Source of the DNA: Sphingomonadaceae bacterium
GTDB taxonomy: Bacteria > Chloroflexota > UBA6077
DNA: 55,396 bases
Assembly (NCBI GenBank): GCA_050261575.1
Contig: JBLNDL010000077.1
Coordinates: 1-55,396, forward strand
Direction: 5' to 3'
Part shown: positions 17,792 to 27,828 of the stretch, in pieces
Position numbering within the stretch: position 1 is the stretch's first letter
Layout: every line of letters begins with the position of its first letter
Made by a program: the position numbers and the translations under genes
Notes under the pieces: generated by a model
The model's database searches: none
The model's input: only the letters and a program-made list of their open reading frames with translations
What the model was told of the DNA's origin: nothing

Positions 17792-18027
17792 TGACCGCTC
17801 GCTGGTTTCCTTCGCCCGCTCGGACTCTCGCCCTCGCTGGTCGTCAGTCACCTACGGCCGGCTCTCCGCCCGGTTCCGTTCCAACGGCCTGTCAGGCTTT
17901 CGCCCTCCCGGCCCGCTGGCCGTCCCGCTTCGGAGTCCCGAACCTCGCTCCGGCTCTTGCGTCTCGGATTCCCCGCTCCGCCGATCTCCTTCGCTCCGTT
18001 CGGGTCACTTACCGGATCCCTCGGGGC
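17773..18027 (-). ncRNA. Candidate structured non-coding RNA of unrecognised family
   Basis: Own promoter and terminal hairpin, complementary 5'/3' ends, two GA-GGGC-GNRA-GYCY-GA hairpins, strong U depletion, no convincing ORF. Confidence 0.6.
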
Positions 18028-18034
18028 AAGGTGG

Positions 18035-18064
18035 ACTATACCCGACCTCCCACCGGACTGTCAA
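18035..18064 (-). promoter_or_regulatory. Near-consensus sigma70-type promoter for the candidate ncRNA
   Basis: TTGACA-N18-TATAGT. Confidence 0.7.
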
Positions 18065-18145
18065 CTCCCAAAGTGGGAGTTTCGAGCAGTCTGTTAGGAC
18101 TCAGCACGGTTAGCGGGATTCTACCGTGGTTGCAGGGCATGACAA

Positions 18146-18170
18146 GGGGGACGGCGAGCCGCCGTCCCCC
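18146..18170 (-). terminator. Terminator-like hairpin after metY
   Basis: GGGGGACGGCG-N3-CGCCGTCCCCC 11-bp stem. Confidence 0.6.
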
Positions 18171-18187
18171 ACGAAACCGTTCCGTGG

Positions 18188-19586
<1,399 letters not shown>

Positions 19587-19809
19587 CTGCTCTGTGGCTT
19601 TAGGATACGGCATTCCACGGGTCACGCGCCACGCGGGGGCGATCCTCTGGCTCCCGCCGCGTGTCCAGTCGGGAGGGGGCAGGCCGCGAGTGCCTTGGGG
19701 GACGTCTGCGTCCGTGTAGCGGCCACAGCGCGGAGCACCTTCAGGCTGCTCTCTGGCTAGAGGTCCCGGCGGTCCTGGAGGTGTCGTCCTGGTGGCCGAG
19801 GTAGGTGGG

Positions 19810-20517
19810 TCAGTTGAAGCCCAGGCCCTTTTCCTTCAGGCTGATCCAGCGATCGCCTCGCCCGATGATCAGGTGGTCCAGCAGTTCCACGTCCAGCAGC
19901 TTGCCGGCTTCCACCGCCTGACGTGTCACCTGGATGTCGTCTCGGGAGGGGGAGGGGTCGCCCGATGGGTGGTTATGGACGACGATGATGGCCGCGCAGT
20001 TCTGGCGGATGGCCTCTTTGAACAGCTCGCCCACCCGAATCAGAGAGCTGTTCAGGCTGCCCTTGTAGACCTCGTGGAGCCCCAGGACGTGGTTCTTAGT
20101 GTTCAGCAGGAGGACCTTGAGGTGTTCTTGCTCAAGCAGTCCCATGTCCATCACCAAGTGAGCTGCGTCTGCGGGGCATCGGATGGCAGGGCGATCGAGG
20201 TCGGGGGCGGTGAGCAGCCGTCTTCCCAGTTCCAAGCACGCCTTCAGTTCGACGGCGCGCACCGGGCCGATACCCGGCACCAGGCAAAGGTCCTCCGTCG
20301 AGGCTCGGGCCAGGCCGGCCAGTCCTCCGAATTGGCGGAGCAACGTCTGTGCGACCTGGAGCACATTCAGCTTCGAAGTGCCGCTGCCGATCAGGATGGC
20401 CAGCAACTCGTGGTTGGAGAGGGAGGCGGCACCGAGGGTGGCCAGCCGCTCGCGAGGGCGGTCCTCGGGTAGCATCTCCTTGACGCCAAGGCTGTACTCC
20501 ACAGCCTCGGAAGCCAT
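19810..20517 (-). CDS. radC: RadC (JAB/MPN-domain) protein
   Basis: RPRERL, ELLAILIGSG, HhH GIGP, HNHPSGDPSPSRDD, LDHLIIG. Confidence 0.95.
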   Translation of the reverse strand: MASEAVEYSLGVKEMLPEDRPRERLATLGAASLSNHELLAILIGSGTSKLNVLQVAQTLLRQFGGLAGLARASTEDLCLVPGIGPVRAVELKACLELGRRLLTAPDLDRPAIRCPADAAHLVMDMGLLEQEHLKVLLLNTKNHVLGLHEVYKGSLNSSLIRVGELFKEAIRQNCAAIIVVHNHPSGDPSPSRDDIQVTRQAVEAGKLLDVELLDHLIIGRGDRWISLKEKGLGFN

Positions 20518-20648
20518 GGTCCACCTCCATCATAGAAGTAGATGTACTGCAGTATAGCACACGGTGGGTGGTATCATTTGGAGGAAGCAATCGGGATGTA
20601 GGCTCGAGGGCCGGCGGATTGCCGCCGGCCTCGGGAGGAGGCGATAGG

Positions 20649-21602
20649 ATGGTATTCCCGCAGGCGACGAGGATCGTGTTCATGGGGACGGCCCGCTTCG
20701 CCGTGCCTTCTTTGGAGGCTCTGGTCAGGGAGGGGTATGGGGTGGTGGCGGTGTTCACACAACCACCGAGGCCGGCGGGGCGGGGGCGGAGGCTGACTGC
20801 CCCGCCCGTGCTAATGGCGGCGGAGCGGCTGGGTCTGTCTGTGCAGACCCCGGAGAGGGTGAGGGCGCCCGAGGTGGTGAAGTCGATGGCCGAGCTGAAG
20901 CCGGACCTGATCGTCGTAGCGGCGTACGCGCAGATACTCCCGAAGGCGTTGCTGGATGTTCCCAGAAAGGGGTGTGTCAACGTCCACGCCTCCCTTCTGC
21001 CTCGCTGGCGGGGCGCCTCGCCGATCCAGGCCGCGATCCTGGCGGGTGACGAGATCACCGGCGTCACCATCATCCTGATGGAGCCCGGTCTGGACACGGG
21101 GCCGATCCTGTCGCAGCGTGAGACGCGCATCGAGGAGCAGGACACCGCCGCGACCCTGGAGGAACGGTTGTCGCACTTGGGGGCGGAGTTGCTGGTATCG
21201 ACTCTGCCTCCGTACTTGGATGGCACGCTGCGTCCGGTTCCGCAGGACGAAAGCCGGGCAACCTACGCGCCTATCATCAAGAAGGAGGCGGGGCTGATAG
21301 AGTGGTCGCGGCCGGCGAGGGAGATCTGGCGCGCCAATCGGGCCTATACCCCCTGGCCTGGGACGTACACCTACTGGAAGGGGAAGATGCTCAAGGTGGT
21401 TTCCTGCTGGCCGGAGGAAGGGGCGACCGCTGGCGAGCCTCCTGGCACGGTGGTTCCACTGGACGGCAGCAGAGGGGCCGGCGTCGTCACCGGTGGCGGC
21501 ACGTTGCGGTTGCTGGAGGTGGCGCTGGAGGGTAGCCGGCCCATGGGGATCCGGGAGTTCCTGCTCGGCCACCGGGACTTCATTGGGAGCCGGGTCGGCT
21601 GA
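20649..21602 (+). CDS. fmt: Methionyl-tRNA formyltransferase
   Basis: IVFMGT, NVHASLLPRWRGASPIQ, GLDTGPI, PWPG. Confidence 0.96.
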   Translation: MVFPQATRIVFMGTARFAVPSLEALVREGYGVVAVFTQPPRPAGRGRRLTAPPVLMAAERLGLSVQTPERVRAPEVVKSMAELKPDLIVVAAYAQILPKALLDVPRKGCVNVHASLLPRWRGASPIQAAILAGDEITGVTIILMEPGLDTGPILSQRETRIEEQDTAATLEERLSHLGAELLVSTLPPYLDGTLRPVPQDESRATYAPIIKKEAGLIEWSRPAREIWRANRAYTPWPGTYTYWKGKMLKVVSCWPEEGATAGEPPGTVVPLDGSRGAGVVTGGGTLRLLEVALEGSRPMGIREFLLGHRDFIGSRVG

Positions 21603-21714
21603 GGGCAGAGCATCTCAGTTTTGCCTTGTGGACGGGCGCGGCCTGTGCTAGTATCTAGTGTGGTTAAGAGGAGCTTTCTGCCGTAGTAGCGGTGGAAACG
21701 GGAGGACCGATAGG

Positions 21715-22404
21715 ATGTTTTACTTCGATCCAATGTACTTCGTCTTCGCCCTTCCGCCTATGCTGCTGGTGCTGTGGGCGCAAAGCAGGGTAAAGGGTGC
21801 GTATGCAAAGTACTCTCAGATACGCAACATGGCGAATCTGACGGGTGCGCAGGTAGCGCGCATCCTGTTGCAGACGAGGGGATTGGAGCACATCACCGTG
21901 GAGCCGGTAGGGGGGGAGCTGTCCGACCACTACGATCCCACCTCGAAGGTCCTGAGGCTATCCGAAGGGGTGTATTCCAGTCCTTCGGTGGCTGCGATGG
22001 GCATCGTCGCCCACGAGGTTGGGCACGCGGTGCAGGATGCAGTGGGGTACGTGCCGCTGCGGCTAAGGTCTGCCCTGGTCCCCGCGGTGAACCTCGGCTC
22101 CACCCTGGGGTACATCTTCTTCTTTGCCGGATTGGTGATCAACTGGACTGGGCTCGCCTGGTTGGGGATTGGGTTCTTCTCCCTGGGTGTGGTCTTCGCT
22201 CTGGCGACCCTGCCGGTGGAGTACAACGCCAGCAACAGGGCCCTGGCGCTGCTGAAGGGCAACGGCCTCGTCAGCGTGGAGGAGTACCAGGGTGCCAAGG
22301 ACGTGCTGTCCGCGGCGGCCCTCACCTACGTGGCTGCGGTGGCCGCGGCCCTCGGTAGCCTGCTCTACTACGTCTGGTTGCTGATGGGGCGCAGGGAAGA
22401 GTAG
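21715..22404 (+). CDS. Putative membrane zinc metallopeptidase (YugP-like)
   Basis: LSDHYDP, AHEVGHAVQ (HExxH), TLPVEYNAS, AAALTYVAA. Confidence 0.9.
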   Translation: MFYFDPMYFVFALPPMLLVLWAQSRVKGAYAKYSQIRNMANLTGAQVARILLQTRGLEHITVEPVGGELSDHYDPTSKVLRLSEGVYSSPSVAAMGIVAHEVGHAVQDAVGYVPLRLRSALVPAVNLGSTLGYIFFFAGLVINWTGLAWLGIGFFSLGVVFALATLPVEYNASNRALALLKGNGLVSVEEYQGAKDVLSAAALTYVAAVAAALGSLLYYVWLLMGRREE

Positions 22405-22504
22405 AGTCTGAGCACGACTCCAACTCCAATCGAAGCGAGGGCGGCTCCCCAGTGACCCAGGTCCTGGGGAGCCTTGTCTATCCGGTGGACTCTGACGAGC
22501 GAAG

Positions 22505-23596
22505 ATGACTCCGACCAACAGACAGGAAAACCGATCCCTTACCGATATGGATCGGGCCGCCTTGGAGGAGCTTGCGGCTTCGTTGGGCCAGCCCCGGTTT
22601 CGGGGCCGGCAGCTCTTCCATTGGGTTCACGGCCGGCTCGAGACCGATCCAAGGGAGATGACCGATCTTCCTCGCTCTTTGCGAATCGAAGCGGCGGAGC
22701 GGTACCCGGTGGCCACGGTCGAGTCGGAGAGGGAGTTGGTCTCCGCGGACGGGTCTACCCAGAAGCGGCTCCTTCGGCTGGGTGACGGTAGGCGGGTGGA
22801 GGCCGTGCTGATGGAGGCCCCGGCACCTGGCCACGACATCGACCGCTACACCGTGTGCGTCTCCAGCCAGGTGGGCTGCGCCTTGGCGTGCGGCTTCTGC
22901 GCCACCGGCCAGATGGGCTTCGGACGCCATCTGTCGCCTGGGGAGATCGTGGAGCAGGTGTACCATTTCGAGAGGGGGTTGCGCCGGGCGCACCCGAGTG
23001 GCGCGGAGAGGCGTTTCGTGAGCAACGTCGTCTTCATGGGGATGGGTGAGCCCCTGGCCAACTACGACGCGGTGATCGCGGCGATCCGGCTGCTGATCTC
23101 GCCTGATGGGTTAGGGCTCGGGGCCAGGCGGATCACCGTTTCGACGGCGGGCATCGTGCCGGGCATCGACCGCCTGGCCGGGGAAGGACTGCAACTGGGT
23201 CTGGCCATCTCGCTCCACGCGCCCACCGACGATCTGCGCGATCGGCTGATGCCGATCAACCGACGCTATCCCGTCGCTCAGTTGCTGCAGGCTGCCGCCC
23301 GATACGCGGCGTTCACCGGCCGCCGGGTCACTTACGAGTATGCCCTGATAGAGGGGGTGAACGATCTCCCGATCCAAGCCCGGCAGTTGGCGAAGCTACT
23401 GGAGCACCAATTGAGCCACGTGAATCTCATTCCCCTCAATCCTTCCCCCGACTCGAGGCTTCGGGCTTCGGGCCCACGCAGGATCGCGGACTTTCGAAAG
23501 GTGCTCGAGGACGCCCGCATCCCATGCACCGTGCGGGAAACCAAGGGGCAGGACATACTGGCGGCCTGCGGCCAGCTACGCTACTCTACGCAGTAA
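22505..23596 (+). CDS. rlmN: Dual-specificity RNA methyltransferase RlmN (radical SAM)
   Basis: CVSSQVGCALACGFCATG, FMGMGEP, ISLHA, DILAACGQL. Confidence 0.95.
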   Translation: MTPTNRQENRSLTDMDRAALEELAASLGQPRFRGRQLFHWVHGRLETDPREMTDLPRSLRIEAAERYPVATVESERELVSADGSTQKRLLRLGDGRRVEAVLMEAPAPGHDIDRYTVCVSSQVGCALACGFCATGQMGFGRHLSPGEIVEQVYHFERGLRRAHPSGAERRFVSNVVFMGMGEPLANYDAVIAAIRLLISPDGLGLGARRITVSTAGIVPGIDRLAGEGLQLGLAISLHAPTDDLRDRLMPINRRYPVAQLLQAAARYAAFTGRRVTYEYALIEGVNDLPIQARQLAKLLEHQLSHVNLIPLNPSPDSRLRASGPRRIADFRKVLEDARIPCTVRETKGQDILAACGQLRYSTQ

Positions 23597-23664
23597 CGAG
23601 GAACGAGTAGTGAGCGGCGGGTCACCTCGACTCATCACTCGTCACTGATCACCCATCACTCGTC
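23593..23664. repeat. Inverted array of heptamer repeats, same family as 15569-15640
   Basis: gtaacga ggaacga gtagtga gcggcgg ... tcatcac tcgtcac tgatcac ccatcac tcgtc in the rlmN-rpe spacer. Confidence 0.7.
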
Positions 23665-23676
23665 TTGGAGGTGCCC

Positions 23677-24345
23677 GTGGGGATCAAGATAGCGCCGTCG
23701 ATCCTGAGCGCAGACTTCTCTAGACTGGGCGAGCAGGTTCGCGCCGCCGAGGAGGCCGGCGCCGATTACATTCACGTCGACGTGATGGATGGGCACTTCG
23801 TCCCGAACCTCACCATGGGACCCGGCATCGTGGCGGCCGTCCGGGCTTCGACGTCGCTCCCCGTGGACGTCCATCTGATGATCGAGTCGCCCGAGCGACT
23901 GGCCGAGAGCTTCGCGGAGGCGGGTGCGAGCATCCTCACGGTGCACCAGGAGGCGTGCCCCCACCTGGACCACGTGCTCTCTAAGATTCGCAGGCTCGGC
24001 CTGCGGGCTGGAGTGGCCATCAACCCGGGTACACCTATCGGCGTGTTGGAGGAGGTGCTGGATCAGGTGGACCTGGTGCTGGTGATGACTGTGAACCCGG
24101 GTTTTGGCGGTCAGCGCCTCATCCGGTCCACCGTGGAGAAGGTGCGGCGGCTGGCTGCGCAGATGGCCGCGAGAGGGATCGGTGCCGAACTGGAAGTGGA
24201 TGGCGGCGTCGACCCGGAGAACGCTGGAGAATTGGTGGCGGCCGGCGCGCGAGTGCTGGTGGCTGGCTCCAGCATCTTCGACCGGCGGGGTACGGTCGCG
24301 GCGAACCTGTCGGCGCTGAGGAGGGGGGCGGAGGCGGCCCTCTAA
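23677..24345 (+). CDS. rpe: Ribulose-phosphate 3-epimerase
   Basis: IAPSILSADF, HVDVMDGHFVPN, VMTVNPGFGGQ, VDGG; GGAGG RBS. Confidence 0.96.
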   Translation: MGIKIAPSILSADFSRLGEQVRAAEEAGADYIHVDVMDGHFVPNLTMGPGIVAAVRASTSLPVDVHLMIESPERLAESFAEAGASILTVHQEACPHLDHVLSKIRRLGLRAGVAINPGTPIGVLEEVLDQVDLVLVMTVNPGFGGQRLIRSTVEKVRRLAAQMAARGIGAELEVDGGVDPENAGELVAAGARVLVAGSSIFDRRGTVAANLSALRRGAEAAL

Positions 24346-24372
24346 GCAGGCATCCCCATTTCACGTTGACAA

Positions 24373-24394
24373 ACCGGTGCCGATCGGCACCGGT
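24373..24394. terminator. Perfect 22-bp palindrome between convergent rpe and rpmB
   Basis: ACCGGTGCCGATCGGCACCGGT. Confidence 0.5.
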
Positions 24395-24427
24395 GTCTTG
24401 TCTCAACCGTCGTGGAGAAGGGGGTAT

Positions 24428-24610
24428 CTAGGCAGACTTCTGCAGCGTTCGCAGGCAGCGAGTGCAGATCCGGACGCTCTTCTCCGCGTTGCCGATGGTG
24501 ATGGTGGCCTTCTGGATGTTCGGAAGCCACCGACGGTTTGTCCGGCGCTTGGAGTGGCTGACGTTGTGGCCGTAGCCGACTCCCTTGCCGCAGATCTGGC
24601 ACAGAGCCAA
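24428..24610 (-). CDS. rpmB: 50S ribosomal protein L28 (Zn-ribbon form)
   Basis: [35 protein letters not shown] start after AAGGGGGTG. Confidence 0.95.
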   Translation of the reverse strand: MALCQICGKGVGYGHNVSHSKRRTNRRWLPNIQKATITIGNAEKSVRICTRCLRTLQKSA

Positions 24611-24692
24611 GGTGTCACCCCCTTCGTCGTTCCCGTAGTGCAGCCCCGGCACAATGCAGGCAGGCCCTTCAACAAGAACCTGCCTGGGCAAC

Positions 24693-24745
24693 TCGACTGC
24701 CGGGCTAACCGCCGTTATAATAGCACAGGGCCCGACCCTTGGCAA
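24693..24745. promoter_or_regulatory. Overlapping divergent promoters for rpmB (-) and the asp23-fakA operon (+)
   Basis: Minus: TTGCCA-N17-TATTAT; plus: TCGACT-N17-TATAAT; the two -10 boxes overlap. Confidence 0.5.
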
Positions 24746-24777
24746 TCGGAGCCAATCCAATGTCGGCGGGGATGCAG

Positions 24778-25134
24778 ATGCCAGACGCAGAGAAGCTAGG
24801 AAGGATCGAGATAAGCCAGAGGGCGATCGCATCTATCGCTGCGGACGCCGTACTGCGATCGTACGGGGTCGTCGGGATGGCTTCGGCGAGGCTCAAGGAT
24901 GGTCTCGCGGAGATGCTCAGGAGGGAGCACCTGGAGCGCGGCGTCGTGGTGCACCTGAGGGATGGTCAGATCACGATCGATCTGTACGTGATCGTCGAGT
25001 ACGGCACCCGCGTTTCAGAGGTCGGCCGCAACATCGCGCAGAGCGTCAAGTTCGCGGTGGAGAAAGCGATCGGCATGCCTGTGGCCCGGGTCAACGTGAA
25101 CGTGCAGGGCCTGCGGATCAGCGACCAAGCCTAG
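24778..25134 (+). CDS. Asp23/Gls24-family protein (YloU-like)
   Basis: [31 protein letters not shown]; precedes the DAK2 gene opposite rpmB. Confidence 0.92.
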   Translation: MPDAEKLGRIEISQRAIASIAADAVLRSYGVVGMASARLKDGLAEMLRREHLERGVVVHLRDGQITIDLYVIVEYGTRVSEVGRNIAQSVKFAVEKAIGMPVARVNVNVQGLRISDQA

Positions 25135-25185
25135 CGGCGAGGACCTTCTTCTTGCCTTCCCCAACCTTCGATCTCTGGATGAAAA

Positions 25186-26829
25186 GTGGCAGAACAGGAC
25201 AAAGTTGTTAGCACGCTGCGGATCAGCGGCAGCGTCCTGCGGCAGATGCTGGAGGTCGGCACCGCTCTCCTGGAAGAGAACGTTGAACTGGTCAACTCCC
25301 TGAACGTGTTTCCTGTTCCGGACGGTGACACCGGCACCAACATGCTTCTGACCATGCAGTCAGCCCTCGAGGAAATGTCCAAGTCCGGCGACGCAGAGCT
25401 CGGTGCCGTGGCACACGCTGCCGCCCATGGGTCGCTGATGGGGGCGAGAGGCAACTCGGGGGTGATCCTTTCCCAGATCCTTCGGGGTATGGCTCGGCAC
25501 ATCGACGGCAAGCGACAGTTGGACGGCGCGGACCTGGCGGCGGCCCTGAAGGAAGGGGCCAATACCGCCTACCGGGGCATAGGCAAGCCGGTGGAGGGAA
25601 CCATCCTCACCGTCGCCAGGGAGGCGGCGGACGCGGCGCTGAGCGCTTCCCAAGAGGAGCGGAGCGTCGAGCACGTGCTGCGGCGCGCCGTCGAAGCGGC
25701 ACATGTCTCGCTGGCCGGTACCCCGAATCTCCTCCACACCCTCAGAGAGGCGGGGGTGGTGGACGCCGGAGGGCAGGGCTACATTCTGCTGTTAGAGGGC
25801 GCCCTCATGTTCCTCACCGGCGAGCGTATGCCCCCTCCCGCCGCAGAAGCCCACAAGACCGCGCAGGGTGCCCTCTCGGTAGTCCCATCCGGCGAGTTCG
25901 GCTACTGCACCGAACTGCTGCTGCGCGGGGAGAGTCTGCAGGTAGACGAGTTGCGGCGGCAGTTGGAGGCGATCGGCGACTCGGTTCTCGTCGTGGGCGA
26001 AGAGGATCTGGTGCATATCCACGTACACACCCACCACCCTGGGGATGTTCTCAACTTGGCGTCCAGGTTCGGGACCATGGACAAGATCAAGGTGGAGAAC
26101 ATGCAGATCCAGCACACCGCCTTCGTCGGTGGGCTGACGGGAAGCGAGCCCTCGAGACCCGTCGTGTCGCCCGAGGCCGTGGGGGTGGTCGCGGTGGCGG
26201 CAGGTTCGGGGCTGGCGAGGGTTTTCAAAGACCTGGGCGCGGCCTCGGTGGTGGCTGGCGGCCAGAGCATGAACCCCAGCATCGAGGAACTGGTGCACGG
26301 AGCCGGTGCCTCTGGCTGCGGCAAGGTGATTCTGCTGCCCAACAACCCCAACGTCGTGATGACGGCTCAGCAGGCTCAGGCCCTCTCTCACGCTGAGATC
26401 CGGGTGATCCCAACGCGCACCATCTGCGAGGGCATCGCCGCTATGGTGGCCTTCAACCCAGTATCGGACCTGGAGACCAACGTGGCGGCCATGACCGGTG
26501 CCATCGCCGCGGTTCAGAGCATCGAGCTGACTCGGGCGGTCCGGACGACCCGGGTGAACGGACTGCAGATCGAGGAGGGGCAGGCGATTGGCCTGCTGAA
26601 CGGGAAGCTCGTGCATGCTGGCGACTCTCTAGCCGACGTGGTCTTGAAGGTGCTGGAGATGGCCGAGGCCGGCGAGCGCGAGGTCGTGACGGTCTACTAC
26701 GGCGAAGGGGTCTCCATCGACGAGGCCGAGTCCGTCGCCACGGCTATCCAGCAGGTGTGGCCTGCCCTCGCGGTCGAGGTGGTGGATGGTGGCCAGCCCC
26801 ACTACCCGTACATCATATCCGTCGAATAG
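25186..26829 (+). CDS. fakA: DAK2-domain fatty acid kinase catalytic subunit (FakA/YloV)
   Basis: LNVFPVPDGDTGTNM, GARGNSGVILSQ, PVEGTILTV, GYCTE, HIHVHT, GGQSMNPS, GGQPHYPY. Confidence 0.93.
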   Translation: MAEQDKVVSTLRISGSVLRQMLEVGTALLEENVELVNSLNVFPVPDGDTGTNMLLTMQSALEEMSKSGDAELGAVAHAAAHGSLMGARGNSGVILSQILRGMARHIDGKRQLDGADLAAALKEGANTAYRGIGKPVEGTILTVAREAADAALSASQEERSVEHVLRRAVEAAHVSLAGTPNLLHTLREAGVVDAGGQGYILLLEGALMFLTGERMPPPAAEAHKTAQGALSVVPSGEFGYCTELLLRGESLQVDELRRQLEAIGDSVLVVGEEDLVHIHVHTHHPGDVLNLASRFGTMDKIKVENMQIQHTAFVGGLTGSEPSRPVVSPEAVGVVAVAAGSGLARVFKDLGAASVVAGGQSMNPSIEELVHGAGASGCGKVILLPNNPNVVMTAQQAQALSHAEIRVIPTRTICEGIAAMVAFNPVSDLETNVAAMTGAIAAVQSIELTRAVRTTRVNGLQIEEGQAIGLLNGKLVHAGDSLADVVLKVLEMAEAGEREVVTVYYGEGVSIDEAESVATAIQQVWPALAVEVVDGGQPHYPYIISVE

Positions 26830-26903
26830 CCATCTCTCTGGGAGTAGTTCACGGATCCTGTCTGTGGACTACTCTGTTCAGTAGGCCGGAGTCAGGAGGC
26901 AGA

Positions 26904-27746
26904 GTGACCAAGGTCCGGATCGTGACAGACAGCACCGCCGACCTGGACGAGGGGGAAATCGAGCGGTTGGGGATTACGGTGGTCCCGCTCAACGTCCACT
27001 GGAACGGTGACACCTATCAGGACAAGGTAGAGCTGAGCGTGGACGAGTTCTACCGGAGGCTGCGGGAGGAGAAAGGGACGCCTCGGACGTCCCAGCCGTC
27101 GGCGGGCCAGTTCGAGAGCGCCTATCGCGGTCTGCTGGCGGATGCCGAAGGGATCCTCTCCATCCACATCTCTTCGAAGCTCAGCGGCACCATCAACTCC
27201 GCTCAACTGGCGGCGCAGCAAGTCGGGACGGGCCGGATCGTAGTGATCGACTCCCTGTTCACCGCGTTCGCTTTGGGTTTCCTGGTGGAACGGGCGGCTC
27301 GTCTGGCCCAGGAGGGGGCGTCGCTAGCCGAGTGCGCGGCCCTCGTGCAGGGGCTCATCCCCCGCATCAGGCTTGTTGCCGCCGTGGACACCCTGGAGTT
27401 CCTGCGGCGCGGGGGCAGGATCGGAAGGGCTCAGGCGTTCGCCGGAAACCTCCTTTCCATCAAGCTGATCTTCTCGATCCAGGAAGGCGAGGTGGTTCCG
27501 CTCGATCGGGTGCGCACGCGAGCTGGTGCGATCAAGAGGACCGCCGAAGCGGTGCGGGCGTGGGGGGCGGTGGAGGAACTGGCCGTCCTGTACGGAGACG
27601 ATCCCGCCCCGGCAGAGGAACTCGTGGGGCAGCTTCGGGCAGCGCAACACGGGCTTACCGCGCGCCGAGGAAGGATAGGCCCGGTCCTCGGCACCCACAC
27701 GGGGCCCGGGGTGTTTGGCGTCTGCGCGGTGCTTCCGCCCGAGTAG
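26904..27746 (+). CDS. DegV-family fatty acid-binding protein (FakB-like) 1
   Basis: IVTDSTAD, TSQPS, ISSKLSGT, LRRGGRIG, GTHTGPG. Confidence 0.93.
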   Translation: MTKVRIVTDSTADLDEGEIERLGITVVPLNVHWNGDTYQDKVELSVDEFYRRLREEKGTPRTSQPSAGQFESAYRGLLADAEGILSIHISSKLSGTINSAQLAAQQVGTGRIVVIDSLFTAFALGFLVERAARLAQEGASLAECAALVQGLIPRIRLVAAVDTLEFLRRGGRIGRAQAFAGNLLSIKLIFSIQEGEVVPLDRVRTRAGAIKRTAEAVRAWGAVEELAVLYGDDPAPAEELVGQLRAAQHGLTARRGRIGPVLGTHTGPGVFGVCAVLPPE

Positions 27747-27828
27747 CACGGCGCGCCGCGCTCGCGCTGCGTCCAGTGGGGAGAGTATCCATCGGCTACG
27801 ACATCGCCGCTTGTCGGCAGGAGGGGAT

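Noticed and set aside
17555..17851. 98-aa minus-strand ORF, plus a 38-codon Arg-rich ORF at about 17892-18008, in the candidate ncRNA region
   Set aside because: No convincing RBS; the longer ORF crosses the terminal hairpin and the mreB promoter; composition is explained by purine bias. Not formally excluded
17773..18027. Assignment as RNase P RNA, SRP RNA or tmRNA
   Set aside because: No GAGGAAAGUCC P4 motif, no CAGG..GNRA..AGCA SRP helix, no tRNA-like ends
19590..19800. SAM-I riboswitch upstream of metY
   Set aside because: No AUC..GAGGGA..GCAACC..GUGC core on either strand, and the region is upstream of the promoter
20534..20548. LexA box upstream of radC (AGAAGTAGATGTACT)
   Set aside because: Spacing and left half-site do not fit GAAC-N4-GTTC
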